This document shows positions 43,680-54,714 of a stretch of 64,000 nt of DNA, in pieces (position 1 is the stretch's first letter; each line of letters begins with the position of its first letter). Source of the stretch: Dehalococcoidales bacterium (GTDB lineage: Bacteria; Chloroflexota; Dehalococcoidia; Dehalococcoidales; RBG-16-60-22); the NCBI GenBank assembly GCA_050014095.1, contig JBEKDZ010000001.1:43989-107988 (forward strand), read 5' to 3'. The translations under genes were made by a program, and so were the position numbers. The notes beneath the pieces were generated by a model. That model ran no database searches. It worked only from the letters and a program-made list of their open reading frames with translations, and was not told the origin of the DNA.

Positions 43680-46100
43680 TTACCTGTCTTCCTCCACCCA
43701 CAACCTCTCCCCATCGGTAATAAAGGTAATCGTGCCGTTTTCGTCCGTGCGGTAAACATTATCCTCCCCCAACTTTGCCTCCAGCCTCTCCACTACCACA
43801 TTATTTGGTAATTCATACGTATTATTGGCGCCGACGGATATCACCGCCGCCCGCGGATTTACAACCGCCAGGAATTGCTCTATGGTGGAGGTGTTCGAGC
43901 CGTGATGGGCAACTTTGATGACCGTCCCTTTGATATCCGCCCGTAAACGGATTAACTCCCACTCCGCCTCGCTCGTGGTGTCCCCGGTGAGTAAAAAACT
44001 GACTTTGCCGTCCTTAAGCAGCAGCACTACACTGTTGTTATCCACATCCGACTCACTGCCTTTGATGGGATTAGCCGAAGGCCATAACACTTCGATGGTA
44101 ACGCCGCCACCCAAATCTGTGCGCTGTCCGGCGTTGGCGATAGTGCTTTTAATCCCTGCCTCCCTGATAAACCTTATCCATTCATTATATAGAGAGGATT
44201 CACCTTCGGAAAGGAGATAAAGCACCTGCCCCACATCGTAGCGGCGCAGCGCCTCCAGCAGCCCGGCGAGGTGGTCCTGGTGGGGATGGGTCAATACCAC
44301 CAAGTCGATGCTCCTATCCCAGAAAGGCATCCGCTCGCCTAACTCCAGGGTAAGATTCTGGGGACTGGGCCCGCCGTCAATAAGCACCCGCTGACTTCCT
44401 TTTTGAATGAGAATAGCATCCCCCTGCCCCACATCCAGGAAGCTGACGCGCAGCTTGGCATCGGGCATAGTGGCAGCGGTATAAACCACCAACATGGCTA
44501 TCACCAGCAGCGGCGCGATAGCCCACTTAAGTTTGCCGGCTAGTCCAAAGCCGATACTAAAGCCCGCCTTCATCACGCCGGATGCGCCGGAAAACAGACT
44601 ACGTACACCACCCCACCGACCGTGTAGCCAGATGAGCAATACGAGGATGGCATAATAGACCGCGATAATAACAGGACTTAGCGAGTCGATTTTAATGGCC
44701 GAGATTGCTGGCGACCCCATGCCGCTGACCACTGCTATCATGAACGATAAAAAGGGCCAGACTAGCCAGCCGAAAACTTGAGCCACCGCTACCGAAGCCA
44801 GCCCGAGTAACATCGTTAGCGTCCCTAAAATAATTATCACAGGTAACACTGGCATTAGTAAGAACGTGGCAATCGGTCCCACCAGCGAAAAAATGCCGAA
44901 GTAATAAGCAATTAAAGGCCACACAGCGATAATGGACGCCAGTGAAGCGCTCAAGCTATCGCTAACTAAATTAAGTGTCGAGACAAGGAATCCCTCATCG
45001 CCCCATCTGGCAGTAATTACCCGCCTGCCGAAATCCCTTAAAATTGGATAAATGAAAATCAGTCCCGCCATAGCGAGAAAGCTCAACTGGAAAGAGGCAT
45101 CGCCCAGGATATACGGGCTTATGCCCACCATCACCGCCGCAGTGAAAATTAACGCTGTAAAACTGTTACGCTGCCTACCCAGAGCTTCGGCGAAAAGAAA
45201 AATGCTAGCCATAATCGCGCCCCGCACCACCGGTGGGTTCATGCCGGTGATAACGGTATAAAACCAGATTACTCCAAGAGCCAGCCAAACATAGAGATAA
45301 CGCCTTCTGCCGAAGAGCCATAACCCGATAGCCAGCAGAATACCAGCCATGATGCCGATATTTTGACCGGATATCGCTAGCAGGTGAGCCGTGCCACTGC
45401 GGGTGAAATCGTCATTCAAGTCGGCGGGGATATTGCCGCGTAGTCCCAGCAGAATCCCCTGCGCCAAAGATGCCTGCGGTTCCGGCAGCACTTCGGCCAG
45501 TTTTTGCGCCAAGTTCGCCCTTAAATCATAGATCCATGCCAGCGGTGGAAAGCCGTGGCCCGTTTCCAGCACCGCTATTTTAGGATAATATATTGTGGCG
45601 TAAATACCCTGGTGCGCCAGATATCCTTTATAATCAAAATCTCCGAGCATAGGCGGCGTTTGCAACTCTCCGGTGATATCGACTAAATCACCGTATTTGT
45701 ATTCGGGATACCGTGGGACGGTTATTAAAACCTTTCCCTCAACACCCTGCCAGCCGTTTTCCAAGCGTATTTCTTCTACCGCTAGGGTCAATTGCGTGCT
45801 TTTATCCCTGATATCCGGAGCTGCTGAAATCACTCCCTTTATCTCCACCGCACCTATATCGTTATAGAAACTGATACGGCTCTTATCTACTGTATAAAGG
45901 CTGGTATAAGCATAAACAGTAGCGCCGACGAAAAGAAAAATACCCAGACTGATGAGGATAATGGCTTTCCTATAGCGGCGCGTTAAGAAAAGGCAAAACA
46001 GGGGCACCAGACCAATAAGGCAAAACAGCGGCGGCAGCTTTAAAATAGTGCCAAGGTATATCCCCACCAACCAGATAGAGCTAAGACATATCAGTATCAT
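43680..46100 (-). CDS. comEC: DNA uptake channel ComEC/Rec2
   Basis: HLLAISG, SFQLSF, FLDVGQGDA, THPHQDH, KVAHHGS. Confidence 0.95.
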   Translation of the reverse strand: MILICLSSIWLVGIYLGTILKLPPLFCLIGLVPLFCLFLTRRYRKAIILISLGIFLFVGATVYAYTSLYTVDKSRISFYNDIGAVEIKGVISAAPDIRDKSTQLTLAVEEIRLENGWQGVEGKVLITVPRYPEYKYGDLVDITGELQTPPMLGDFDYKGYLAHQGIYATIYYPKIAVLETGHGFPPLAWIYDLRANLAQKLAEVLPEPQASLAQGILLGLRGNIPADLNDDFTRSGTAHLLAISGQNIGIMAGILLAIGLWLFGRRRYLYVWLALGVIWFYTVITGMNPPVVRGAIMASIFLFAEALGRQRNSFTALIFTAAVMVGISPYILGDASFQLSFLAMAGLIFIYPILRDFGRRVITARWGDEGFLVSTLNLVSDSLSASLASIIAVWPLIAYYFGIFSLVGPIATFLLMPVLPVIIILGTLTMLLGLASVAVAQVFGWLVWPFLSFMIAVVSGMGSPAISAIKIDSLSPVIIAVYYAILVLLIWLHGRWGGVRSLFSGASGVMKAGFSIGFGLAGKLKWAIAPLLVIAMLVVYTAATMPDAKLRVSFLDVGQGDAILIQKGSQRVLIDGGPSPQNLTLELGERMPFWDRSIDLVVLTHPHQDHLAGLLEALRRYDVGQVLYLLSEGESSLYNEWIRFIREAGIKSTIANAGQRTDLGGGVTIEVLWPSANPIKGSESDVDNNSVVLLLKDGKVSFLLTGDTTSEAEWELIRLRADIKGTVIKVAHHGSNTSTIEQFLAVVNPRAAVISVGANNTYELPNNVVVERLEAKLGEDNVYRTDENGTITFITDGERLWVEEDR

Positions 46101-46117
46101 AAGCTCCTATTATGGTA

Positions 46118-46627
46118 TCAATCGTTTACGGTTATCAAGTCTTTTACCTTATCGAAATTGGATTCGCCGAAGCCCGGCACTTTCAGCAGCTCATTGATAT
46201 CGTGGAATAAGCCATGCTCGTTACGATAATCGATGATACCCTGTGCCTTTACCTCGCCGACGCCGGGAAGGGCTTCCAGCAGCCAGGCTTCCGCCCGGTT
46301 GATATTGATTTTCTGCGGGGTTGCCCTCTTATCCGCTTCGTCGATAGTCAACTCAACGTTATCCAGGTTGGCGCCTTCCTTTAATCCCCCCGCCGCCCCG
46401 ACAATGTCTTGGAGGGTATCACCGGCGAATACGGGATAATAGCCGGGGTTGTTTACCGCGCCGCCGACATATATCGTCCCCGTGATTTCGCGTTGCGGCT
46501 TGATGGTGATTTCCAAAGCCTGACCGGTATTGCATTTGAGGGCGATAAACACGCTGCCGACGATAATCGCTATCGCCAGCAATAGTGCTACAATAGTCCA
46601 GCCGCTGATTATTTTACCCGACTTCAC
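46118..46627 (-). CDS. comEA: ComEA DNA-binding protein
   Basis: TM anchor, SLBB-like YVGGAVNNPG, KININRA..LEALPGVG helix-hairpin-helix. Confidence 0.92.
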   Translation of the reverse strand: MKSGKIISGWTIVALLLAIAIIVGSVFIALKCNTGQALEITIKPQREITGTIYVGGAVNNPGYYPVFAGDTLQDIVGAAGGLKEGANLDNVELTIDEADKRATPQKININRAEAWLLEALPGVGEVKAQGIIDYRNEHGLFHDINELLKVPGFGESNFDKVKDLITVND

Positions 46628-46796
46628 TTAGCCGCTCCGCCTCCCGGTACCAGAATAGCATTATAATGTACCACTAAATTATGCCATTTGGCGAATTGAT
46701 AGACGTGCCGCAGGCTGACTCGTTTATTGGGAAACGGATAGGAGCTTATTAGAAGAATAAAAAGCTATAGATAATGAAAAAGCGTTGACCAGCCTA

Positions 46797-47456
46797 TTAA
46801 CCGCTTAAGGCTGCTTTTAAAGCTTCTTTAAATTCGGAGGGAGTAATGGCTATTATCTGGTCGCCCGCTTGAAGTATGGTATGGGCGACCGGGACATGAG
46901 CGCTGCCTTTGCTGGGAATAATCAATGCCAGCTGACTTTCACTGGGCAAGTCGAGGTCTTTGACCATTTTCCCCACCGTGGAAGACCTCGGCGATATTCT
47001 TACGTCGACGATGACCAGTCCTTTTTCATCCAGGGTCAGGAGCTGGGTTACGGGGTGCGTTGGCACTTCATGCTCGATAGCCTCAATGATAATGTCGGTG
47101 GAGTTGACTGTTACATCCACACCCAGCTTCTTGAAGAGGATAGTGCTTCTGGGATTGCGGATGCGGGCGATGGTGCGGGGTACATTATGCTTGTGCTTGG
47201 CGATCTGGCAAGCGACGAGGTTATCCTCATCATCGCCGGTTACTGCCACGAACATATCAGCGCGCCCGGTGCCAACCTCGGCAAGAGTCGACGCTTCGCA
47301 GCCGTCACCGCGGAAACAAACGCTGCCCAGCTCATCAGTGATTGTTTTACAGACACGGGCATCTTTTTCCAGAACCAATACCTCATGTCCTTCCTGGAGC
47401 AATGTTTTAAGCAGATAATAACCGAGGCGACCTCCGCCAACGATGATAATATACAT
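46797..47456 (-). CDS. trkA: TrkA/KtrA-family RCK protein (N and C domains)
   Basis: IIVGGGRLG, GDG, AVTGDDEDNL, plus a C-terminal TrkA-C domain. Confidence 0.88.
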   Translation of the reverse strand: MYIIIVGGGRLGYYLLKTLLQEGHEVLVLEKDARVCKTITDELGSVCFRGDGCEASTLAEVGTGRADMFVAVTGDDEDNLVACQIAKHKHNVPRTIARIRNPRSTILFKKLGVDVTVNSTDIIIEAIEHEVPTHPVTQLLTLDEKGLVIVDVRISPRSSTVGKMVKDLDLPSESQLALIIPSKGSAHVPVAHTILQAGDQIIAITPSEFKEALKAALSG

Positions 47457-47458
47457 AT

Positions 47459-47863
47459 TTATCCCGAGCCTTCTATTTTTTCCCTTAGTAATTGTGCGAA
47501 TATTTTGGTGGGGCTTATCGTCTCCAGACCGAGGGCGCTATACATCTCTTCTCGAAGGGGATCGTAAATGCGGCACACTACCCTCGGTACATTAAAAATA
47601 TACTTAGCGATTTGGCAGGCCATGACGTTACGGTTATCACCCTGGGTCACTGCCACAAAGACTTCCACATCTTCGATACCTGCCTTTTTTAACGATTCCT
47701 CGTCAGTGCCGTTACCATAAAGAGCGGTGCCGTGGAAGGAGGGCGGTAATCGGCGAAAACTATAGGTATCGTTATCGAGGATAGTAACCTTGTGACCATC
47801 TTCGTCCAATAAAGTGGCTAGCCTGGCGCCGACCCTGCCGCATCCCATAATCAATATGTTCAT
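47459..47863 (-). CDS. TrkA-N (RCK_N only) protein
   Basis: IMGCGRVG, AVTQGDNRN, ETISPT. Confidence 0.85.
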   Translation of the reverse strand: MNILIMGCGRVGARLATLLDEDGHKVTILDNDTYSFRRLPPSFHGTALYGNGTDEESLKKAGIEDVEVFVAVTQGDNRNVMACQIAKYIFNVPRVVCRIYDPLREEMYSALGLETISPTKIFAQLLREKIEGSG

Positions 47864-47894
47864 ATCAATAACCTAACTTCGCTTATTCGTTGCC

Positions 47895-48308
47895 TTACTG
47901 CTGGTAAAGTATAACCGGGCAGGGTGAATTTTTCAACACATAAGGCACGGTATTACCTAAGCTGAACTGCCCGAAATGCTGTTTATGAGAGATGCCCATG
48001 AGAATCAAGCTGACGCCTCGCTCCACCGCCTCATCTACGATAGCCGGACCCACCTCTCTCGCCTGGAGAACATCAGTCTCGATTTCAAAGTCCTCCTCGC
48101 TGGCAGTAGCTTCGGCTTTATCAAGTATCTCCTCGGCTTTTTTGATTTCCGATTCGATTTCGGCATCCAGCGGCAGGGCGCGTTTTATCGCCACCACCGA
48201 TACCGCCCAGACCTTGCCCTTGTCCTTTTTAGCGAGTCGGCAAGCCAACCTGATAGTTTCTAAATCTGATGCCGCACCGGATACCGTCACGAGAATCTTC
48301 TTAAACAC
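47895..48308 (-). CDS. Universal stress protein
   Basis: FKKILV, AIVDEA, LILMG, LGNTVPYVLKNSPCPV. Confidence 0.9.
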   Translation of the reverse strand: MFKKILVTVSGAASDLETIRLACRLAKKDKGKVWAVSVVAIKRALPLDAEIESEIKKAEEILDKAEATASEEDFEIETDVLQAREVGPAIVDEAVERGVSLILMGISHKQHFGQFSLGNTVPYVLKNSPCPVILYQQ

Positions 48309-48392
48309 TATTACCTTCTAAGTTCATCGTCAATTTAACAGTGGCAATTATAACTCTAATGGTAAAAAACTACAACATTCTACCGTCTGATA

Positions 48393-49853
48393 CTATTTTT
48401 CCTGTTTTATCGACCAATCTGAAGACGTTTTCTTACGAAAACGACGGTAGAGAAAATACACGATTAGACCGACCCCCAGCCAGGAAAAACCGACGACTCG
48501 ACCGATGGCGTGGGTATAGACCACCATGAACCAGGTAGCAAAAGTCGCTAATCCGCCTATCACAGCTGTTATTGGTATTTCTCTCCCTTTAATGCGGATA
48601 TTTAGTGGTATTTTAAAAGGCCGAGGGAGATTAGGCTCCTTGATGCGCAAGGCAATGATAGAAGCATGAGCCGTGGTGTAGGCCAGCACGGCTCCAAAAG
48701 CGTACAGGTCAACAAGGAGCGTAATCTGGCCGGTTGCTATTAGTACGGAAGCGATGATGGAGAATATTAAAATCGCATTTAGCGGTACGCGAGCCCGTTT
48801 GCTGACACTGCTGACCGCACTAGGCAACTGCTGACGCTGCCCCATGTAATAAGCCAGCCGTGATGCGCCCAGCATTCCAGCGTTAGTAGCGATGATAAGA
48901 ATCGTCACAGCCAGAATCGCCACCCAGAAACTTAGCACCGGCCGGATAGCCAATGGCATAGCATTGGCAATGCCCATGATGGGGTCCTGTAAATACTGCT
49001 GCGTCAGGTTGGTGACCCAAGTGCCATCGGGAGCTTGATGTACTGGGTAAGCGCTTAAAGCAGTCATCGAGAGAAGAGAATATAAGGCTATTACCGTAAC
49101 AAATACGAGCAATACTGCCCGGGGGATGCTTTTTTCCGGCCGACGAGCTTCGCTGCCTAAGTTGGACACTGTCTCGATGCCGGTGTAAGCAACCATAGAT
49201 ATCGATATGCCGAATACAAGCTGATTCATAGTCGGCGCGACACCCCATTGTACGTTATGGATAAGTGTTGGTAGATTGATAATTAAAACTACACCCAATA
49301 CGGCGATTGTCACCTGGGTCAATATGTCGACCAGCACCAGTATGATATTCAAACGTGAAGAAGTTTGAACGCCCCGGATATTTATGTATGCCAATATTAC
49401 TACTATTACGATGCCACCGATGCTATTGGCCGGCCATTCTTTGAGAATTGGGAAAAAATACCCCATGTAGTTAGCCGCTGTGAAGGCAGAAATTGACATG
49501 GTCACAATGTAATCCAACATCAACACCCAGCCGGCGATAAAGCTTACCCAGGGATTAAATGCGCGGTAGGCGAAGGCGCCAGAACCGCCAGCCTCAGGCA
49601 GCGCAGTAGCGCCCTCGGCATAGGTCAAGGCAGTGAACAGGAAAACAACGCCGGAAATCATCAACACCAGAGGAGTCAACCCCAGGGCGGACATGGCTAC
49701 CACTCCCAGAGCATAATAAATAGAAGAACCTACGTCCCCATACGCGGTACTGAACAGTCCAGGTACACCTAATACTCGTCTTAAGTGATAGCGCGTAATG
49801 CGCCCGGGGCGAAAAAACCTATCACCAGGTTTAGGATTCCAGTTATCAGGCAT
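48393..49853 (-). CDS. APC-superfamily permease, KimA/KUP-like
   Basis: About 12 TM helices; AYGDVGSSIYY, LMLDYIVT, YTGIETVSN, DLYAFG. Confidence 0.85.
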   Translation of the reverse strand: MPDNWNPKPGDRFFRPGRITRYHLRRVLGVPGLFSTAYGDVGSSIYYALGVVAMSALGLTPLVLMISGVVFLFTALTYAEGATALPEAGGSGAFAYRAFNPWVSFIAGWVLMLDYIVTMSISAFTAANYMGYFFPILKEWPANSIGGIVIVVILAYINIRGVQTSSRLNIILVLVDILTQVTIAVLGVVLIINLPTLIHNVQWGVAPTMNQLVFGISISMVAYTGIETVSNLGSEARRPEKSIPRAVLLVFVTVIALYSLLSMTALSAYPVHQAPDGTWVTNLTQQYLQDPIMGIANAMPLAIRPVLSFWVAILAVTILIIATNAGMLGASRLAYYMGQRQQLPSAVSSVSKRARVPLNAILIFSIIASVLIATGQITLLVDLYAFGAVLAYTTAHASIIALRIKEPNLPRPFKIPLNIRIKGREIPITAVIGGLATFATWFMVVYTHAIGRVVGFSWLGVGLIVYFLYRRFRKKTSSDWSIKQEK

Positions 49854-50033
49854 ATATCGTCACTAGACCAACATCGTATTTTAGCATAAATACTATCAAC
49901 AAAATACGCCAGACTTCTTTCAGATTTAATCTTTTATACGAAAATATCGCATTTTACTCTTGATGCACTTGACATTTGTGTTATAGTTATCTATAATAAT
50001 GTCAATTGGCACGATTATTATAGGATTGTACTT

Positions 50034-50246
50034 ATGATGATTAAGACAAGAGTCTTTGAAATGGCGAATGGGAAATACCACAACCTTTCCGATCTGGCGA
50101 GGGCAATGGGACTGTCTATCAGCCAGATTTACCGCGTCCGTGAAGGCAAACGCGGTATTAATGAGAAATTCATCGTCGGTGCCAAGCGGGCTTTCCCCGA
50201 CCACAGATTGGACGACCTCTTCTACTTCCCCTCGGAACACAACTAA
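50034..50246 (+). CDS. Small XRE-family HTH protein
   Basis: LSDLARAMGLSISQIYRVREGKR...LDDLF. Confidence 0.8.
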   Translation: MMIKTRVFEMANGKYHNLSDLARAMGLSISQIYRVREGKRGINEKFIVGAKRAFPDHRLDDLFYFPSEHN

Positions 50247-50272
50247 CCATTATCCGCAAAAATACAACGTAT

Positions 50273-50791
50273 CTAGATATTATCTTCGGGCGCTTGCCCT
50301 GTTGTTACATCTTCCGGCTCGATTTTGCGCAAAGCCTCCGGACTTTCCAGCCGGTCAACATAGAGCATGCCGTTCAGATGGTCGATTTCATGTTCCAACG
50401 CTTGAGAAAGCAGTCCTTCCGCCTTAATACGTATCGCTTTGCCATTGAGGTCCAGTCCCTTGGCAGTTACCGTTTCCGCCCGGTATATCTCACCGATATA
50501 GCCGGGAATGCTTAAGCACCCCTCGTTAACAAGGCGCCGCCCCTTGCGGCGGGCGATTTCCCCGTTTATCAGAATAATGTCTTTGGCTTCTTCTTCTGGC
50601 AGGCAGATAACGGTGATGCGTAAAGAAACCCCAACCTGCGGCGCCGCCAGCCCTACCCGGCCGGGCTCGGCATGCAGCGTCTCCCGCATATCGGCAACTA
50701 ATTTCTTTACGGATTTATCGATACTGCTGACCCGCTTGGTCTTTTTACGCAGAATGGGGTCGGGAACCGTTCTTATTGGTAGAACTGCCAT
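50273..50791 (-). CDS. def: Peptide deformylase
   Basis: [21 protein letters not shown]. Confidence 0.96.
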   Translation of the reverse strand: MAVLPIRTVPDPILRKKTKRVSSIDKSVKKLVADMRETLHAEPGRVGLAAPQVGVSLRITVICLPEEEAKDIILINGEIARRKGRRLVNEGCLSIPGYIGEIYRAETVTAKGLDLNGKAIRIKAEGLLSQALEHEIDHLNGMLYVDRLESPEALRKIEPEDVTTGQAPEDNI

Positions 50792-50831
50792 ATTGTCTCT
50801 TTCTAAAAAATTCGTTTAGTCTATTTTAAGT

Positions 50832-53240
50832 TTACTGAACGAGACCTATCGGGTCAATATCCACCGTCCAGCCATGGCCAAAATCCAGCGGTGTCAGAAA
50901 TTCTGACAGATTTTGCCCGCGGATAATCAGCTGCCAGCGGAACCTGCCCCGCAGGCGATGGATAAAAGCCGGCGCCGGACCGATAATACTAATGCCCCCG
51001 ATGCCCCTGGTATTGCTTTCCTCGATAAGCGTTTTTTGCATCTTTTCCGCTTCGCGCTGGCAGACGGCGTCATTGGTATGGGTAAAAACCAACCGGGCAA
51101 GCTGGGTAAAGGGCGGATTTTTCAGCTGACGCCGGTAGGCGATTTCCTGCTCGTAGAAAGCCGCATAATCGTTGCGAGCTACCGACTGGATAGCGTAGTT
51201 CTCCGGGGCAAAGGTCTGGATGATAACCTTACCGCCGGCCAGCCCCCGCCCCGCCCTGCCAGCTACCTGGCATAATAGCTGGTATGTCCGCTCGCCGGCA
51301 CGGAAGTCCGGGAGATTCAGGCTGGTGTCGGCGTTGACAACCCCTACCAGCGTTACCGACGGTATATCCAGTCCCTTGGCGACCATCTGCGTGCCGATAA
51401 GCACGTCCGCGGCACGACTGCTAAATTTTCGCAAGATATCCTCGTTGGATGTCCTCCCGGTAGTAGCGTCGCTATCCCAGCGTAGCTGCCGGGCGCGCGG
51501 AAAGGCTAGCCTTACCTCTTGCTCCAGCTTCTGCGTGCCAGCCCCCAGGAATTTCAGCTGGCGGTTACCGCAGTTGGGGCAGGCATTAGGCACCGGTATC
51601 TTATAGTTGCACTGGTGGCAGGTTAAAATATCATCGTTAATGTGGTGGGATAGCGGCACCTCGCAGCGGCGGCAGCGCAGCACAAAGCCGCACCGCCGGC
51701 ATTGAATATAATATGCCCCACCCCTCCGGTTCAAAAATAGTATCACCTGTTCGCCGGCGGCGATAGCTTTATTGATGGACTGCCCCAGCACCCGACTGAA
51801 CATGCTGCGGTTGCCCGCTTTAAGCTCCTCCCGCATATCCACCACCTCCACCTGCGGCAGGGTCGCTCCAGGCGTAACCCGTTGCGGAAGCTCCAGCAGC
51901 TTGTATCTTCCGTTTTTCGCTTGATAGTATGTCTCGACATCCGGCGTGGCGCTGCCGAGGACGACTACTGCTCCGGTCAATTCCGCGAGTTTGATTGCCG
52001 CATCACGCGCGTGGTAATGCGGCGAGCTATCCTGCTTGTAAGTCCACTCATGTTCTTCATCGATGATGATGAGGCCGAGGCCCGGCTGGGGAGCGAAAAG
52101 GGCGCTGCGTGAGCCGATGACGACGTCGCACTCGCCGTTCTTGATGCGGTGCCATTCGTCGAACTGCTCCCCTGGGGATAGTTTGCTGTGTAAAACCCCA
52201 ACCCGCCCGGGGAAACGCGCGGCAAAACGCTCGATGGTCTGGGGGGTTAGCGCTATTTCTGGTACCAGGACAATGCCCTTTTTCCCCTGCTGTATCGCCT
52301 CGGCTAATGACTGTAAATATATCTCGGTCTTGCCGCTGCCCGTAATCCCGTGGAGTAAAAAGACCCGCGGTGATGCTCCATCTCTGCCTGTTTTATCCAG
52401 TTCCGCTTTGATTGACGCGAAAGCAACTTGCTGGTCGTCAGTGAGGTTCAAAGGCAAGGAAAGATTAATTTCATCATAAGATATGGGCTCCCGCCGCACT
52501 TCAACTGTTTTAAACGCGACCAGTCCGTGACGCAAAAGCGCATCGGCGATGGATTTGTCGCAGCCGGTCTTTCTTCTGGTTTCTGCCCAGGGCAGCGGTC
52601 GGGACTGCTCTTTTAAAAAGTCGTAAAGCCTCGCCTGTCTGGGTGAAAGCTTTAAATCTCCACCGCCCTTAGCCACCAGACTGATATAGAGCTCACTTTT
52701 AGGTTTCATCCTGATTGGCGACAACTCATAGCTACGTTTAACCAATCCTTGTCGGACCATTTGCGAGACAACGGTGCCGGCTTTCTTTTTACCGAGCGTT
52801 TTCTCGATGGCTTTTAGCTCAACCTTGCCCTTTTTCAGAGAAAATACGATGACTTTCTTTTGTTCGTCTTCAAGAGCGGCAATATCAATGTCCGGATTAG
52901 TTGTCTGGATGAAGGTCAGCGCTTTCCGCTCGAATGACGGCGGCAGCATCAAAGCCACGGCGCTGAAAAGCGGCGCAAGGTAATAGTCGCTTATCCAGCG
53001 GGCGAGCGATATTTGATGTTGGGATAATATGGGGACCGATTCGATAATGTCGAGGATGTCGCGGGTGTCTTCCACGGCAGGAAGGGGCGTGATTTCCATA
53101 ACGATGCCCTGGAGGATTTTCTCACCGAAAGGCACCAGCACTGCCTGTCCCGCAAGAACATTCAATCCTTCGGGAATAGCGTAGCTGAAAGTACGACGCT
53201 GGGCTACCGGCGAATTGACACTTACCTCGGCGTATCTCAT
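50832..53240 (-). CDS. priA: Primosomal protein N'
   Basis: GITGSGKT, DEEHE, SATP, four CxxC pairs, QVAGRAGR. Confidence 0.97.
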   Translation of the reverse strand: MRYAEVSVNSPVAQRRTFSYAIPEGLNVLAGQAVLVPFGEKILQGIVMEITPLPAVEDTRDILDIIESVPILSQHQISLARWISDYYLAPLFSAVALMLPPSFERKALTFIQTTNPDIDIAALEDEQKKVIVFSLKKGKVELKAIEKTLGKKKAGTVVSQMVRQGLVKRSYELSPIRMKPKSELYISLVAKGGGDLKLSPRQARLYDFLKEQSRPLPWAETRRKTGCDKSIADALLRHGLVAFKTVEVRREPISYDEINLSLPLNLTDDQQVAFASIKAELDKTGRDGASPRVFLLHGITGSGKTEIYLQSLAEAIQQGKKGIVLVPEIALTPQTIERFAARFPGRVGVLHSKLSPGEQFDEWHRIKNGECDVVIGSRSALFAPQPGLGLIIIDEEHEWTYKQDSSPHYHARDAAIKLAELTGAVVVLGSATPDVETYYQAKNGRYKLLELPQRVTPGATLPQVEVVDMREELKAGNRSMFSRVLGQSINKAIAAGEQVILFLNRRGGAYYIQCRRCGFVLRCRRCEVPLSHHINDDILTCHQCNYKIPVPNACPNCGNRQLKFLGAGTQKLEQEVRLAFPRARQLRWDSDATTGRTSNEDILRKFSSRAADVLIGTQMVAKGLDIPSVTLVGVVNADTSLNLPDFRAGERTYQLLCQVAGRAGRGLAGGKVIIQTFAPENYAIQSVARNDYAAFYEQEIAYRRQLKNPPFTQLARLVFTHTNDAVCQREAEKMQKTLIEESNTRGIGGISIIGPAPAFIHRLRGRFRWQLIIRGQNLSEFLTPLDFGHGWTVDIDPIGLVQ

Positions 53241-53297
53241 CCCAGACTCCAGAGAGGATATTCAGGTATTACCCAGCTATTTGATATTAATAAAAAC

Positions 53298-53939
53298 CTA
53301 GGCTTTAGGCTCTTCTTTTTTTTCGTCTTTAGCCGGTTCAGCCGGCTCGGCAGGTTTTTCCGCGGTCGGAGTTTTTTCTTCGGGTTGCTCGACTACAGCT
53401 TCTGGCTTTTCTTCCTTGACTGCTTCTGGCGCTTTTTCTTTGGATTTTTTAGCTTTTTTCTTTTCTTCTTTAGCTGCTTCCGGTGCGGCCGGCTGTTCCG
53501 CCGCCACGGCAACCGCCGCTTCATCCATAATAGGCTCTATCTCTTCCTCGGGCGGCGCTTGGAGCAGCTCCTCGCCTACCTGTTCTCTAATTTTCCTCTC
53601 CACACGCTTAATCTTGCGTCGGGCTTCTTTGCCGCTAAGACTGCGCAGATAGTAAAGCCGGGAGCGGCGCACTTTGCCCTGCCGCACGATTTCCACCTTT
53701 TCCACCATCGGTGAACTTAACGGGAAGGTACGCTCCACGCCGATGCCGAAGGCGACATGCCTTACGGTATAGCTAGCGCCATGACCACCGTGCTTTATCT
53801 TGATGACGACGCCTTGAAAAACCTGAATTCTTTCCTTATCGCCCTCGACTATTTTGGTACTGACCCGCACCGTATCGCCGGGCTGGATATCAGGAATTTT
53901 TTTGTTCTTTTTAATGTCCAGCAGTGTTGAAACATCCAT
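53298..53939 (-). CDS. rplS: 50S ribosomal protein L19 with long C-terminal tail
   Basis: [33 protein letters not shown]. Confidence 0.96.
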   Translation of the reverse strand: MDVSTLLDIKKNKKIPDIQPGDTVRVSTKIVEGDKERIQVFQGVVIKIKHGGHGASYTVRHVAFGIGVERTFPLSSPMVEKVEIVRQGKVRRSRLYYLRSLSGKEARRKIKRVERKIREQVGEELLQAPPEEEIEPIMDEAAVAVAAEQPAAPEAAKEEKKKAKKSKEKAPEAVKEEKPEAVVEQPEEKTPTAEKPAEPAEPAKDEKKEEPKA

Positions 53940-53960
53940 GTTAAGACTCCCTATCTTTAA

Positions 53961-54713
53961 TTAATCTTTTTTATCGGTATGCATCATGCGCTTTACCAGG
54001 CGCTTGTCTTCAAGTCCAAGGTCGGCTTTATCTAACAACTCGGGACGCTTTTCCAGCGTCCGTTTGATTATCTGCTCCCGCCGCCACTTGGCAATCTGCG
54101 CATGATTGCCGGAAAGCAAAATCTCCGGCACCTGCCAGCCGCGGAAATCCGCCGGACGCGTATACTGCGGATATTCTAACAGACCGCTGGCGTGAGAATC
54201 ATCCAGGGGTGACTCCTCTGAACCCAGCACTCCCGGCACCAACCGTAGCACGGCATCCGCCACCACCATCGCCGGCAGTTCACCGCCGGTTAAAACATAG
54301 TCGCCGATGCTGATGGTATCGGTAGCCAGGTATTCGATAACGCGTTCATCGACGCCCTCATAGTGGCCGCAAATTAAAATAATATGCGGGTGCTGCGCCA
54401 GCTCCTGCGCTATTTTGTGCGAAAACAATCTGCCCTGTGGCGTTAGCAAAATAATCGGCAGCATGGCACCTTTATCATCCAGTTTGTCTTTAATAGCTTC
54501 AACCGCTTCGAAGATAGGCTCCGGCTTCATGACCATACCGGCGCCGCCGCCATAGGGATAGTCATCCGCCGTATGGTGTTTATCATGGGTATAGTCGCGA
54601 ATATTCACCGTATTGATGCTGACCAGTCCGGTATCGATAGCCCGTTTGAAAATGCCAAAACTGAACGGGACTTCGAACATCTGTGGAAACAATGTTAAAA
54701 TATCGATGCGCAT
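53961..54713 (-). CDS. trmD: tRNA (guanine37-N1)-methyltransferase
   Basis: [32 protein letters not shown]. Confidence 0.97.
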   Translation of the reverse strand: MRIDILTLFPQMFEVPFSFGIFKRAIDTGLVSINTVNIRDYTHDKHHTADDYPYGGGAGMVMKPEPIFEAVEAIKDKLDDKGAMLPIILLTPQGRLFSHKIAQELAQHPHIILICGHYEGVDERVIEYLATDTISIGDYVLTGGELPAMVVADAVLRLVPGVLGSEESPLDDSHASGLLEYPQYTRPADFRGWQVPEILLSGNHAQIAKWRREQIIKRTLEKRPELLDKADLGLEDKRLVKRMMHTDKKD

Positions 54714-54714
54714 T

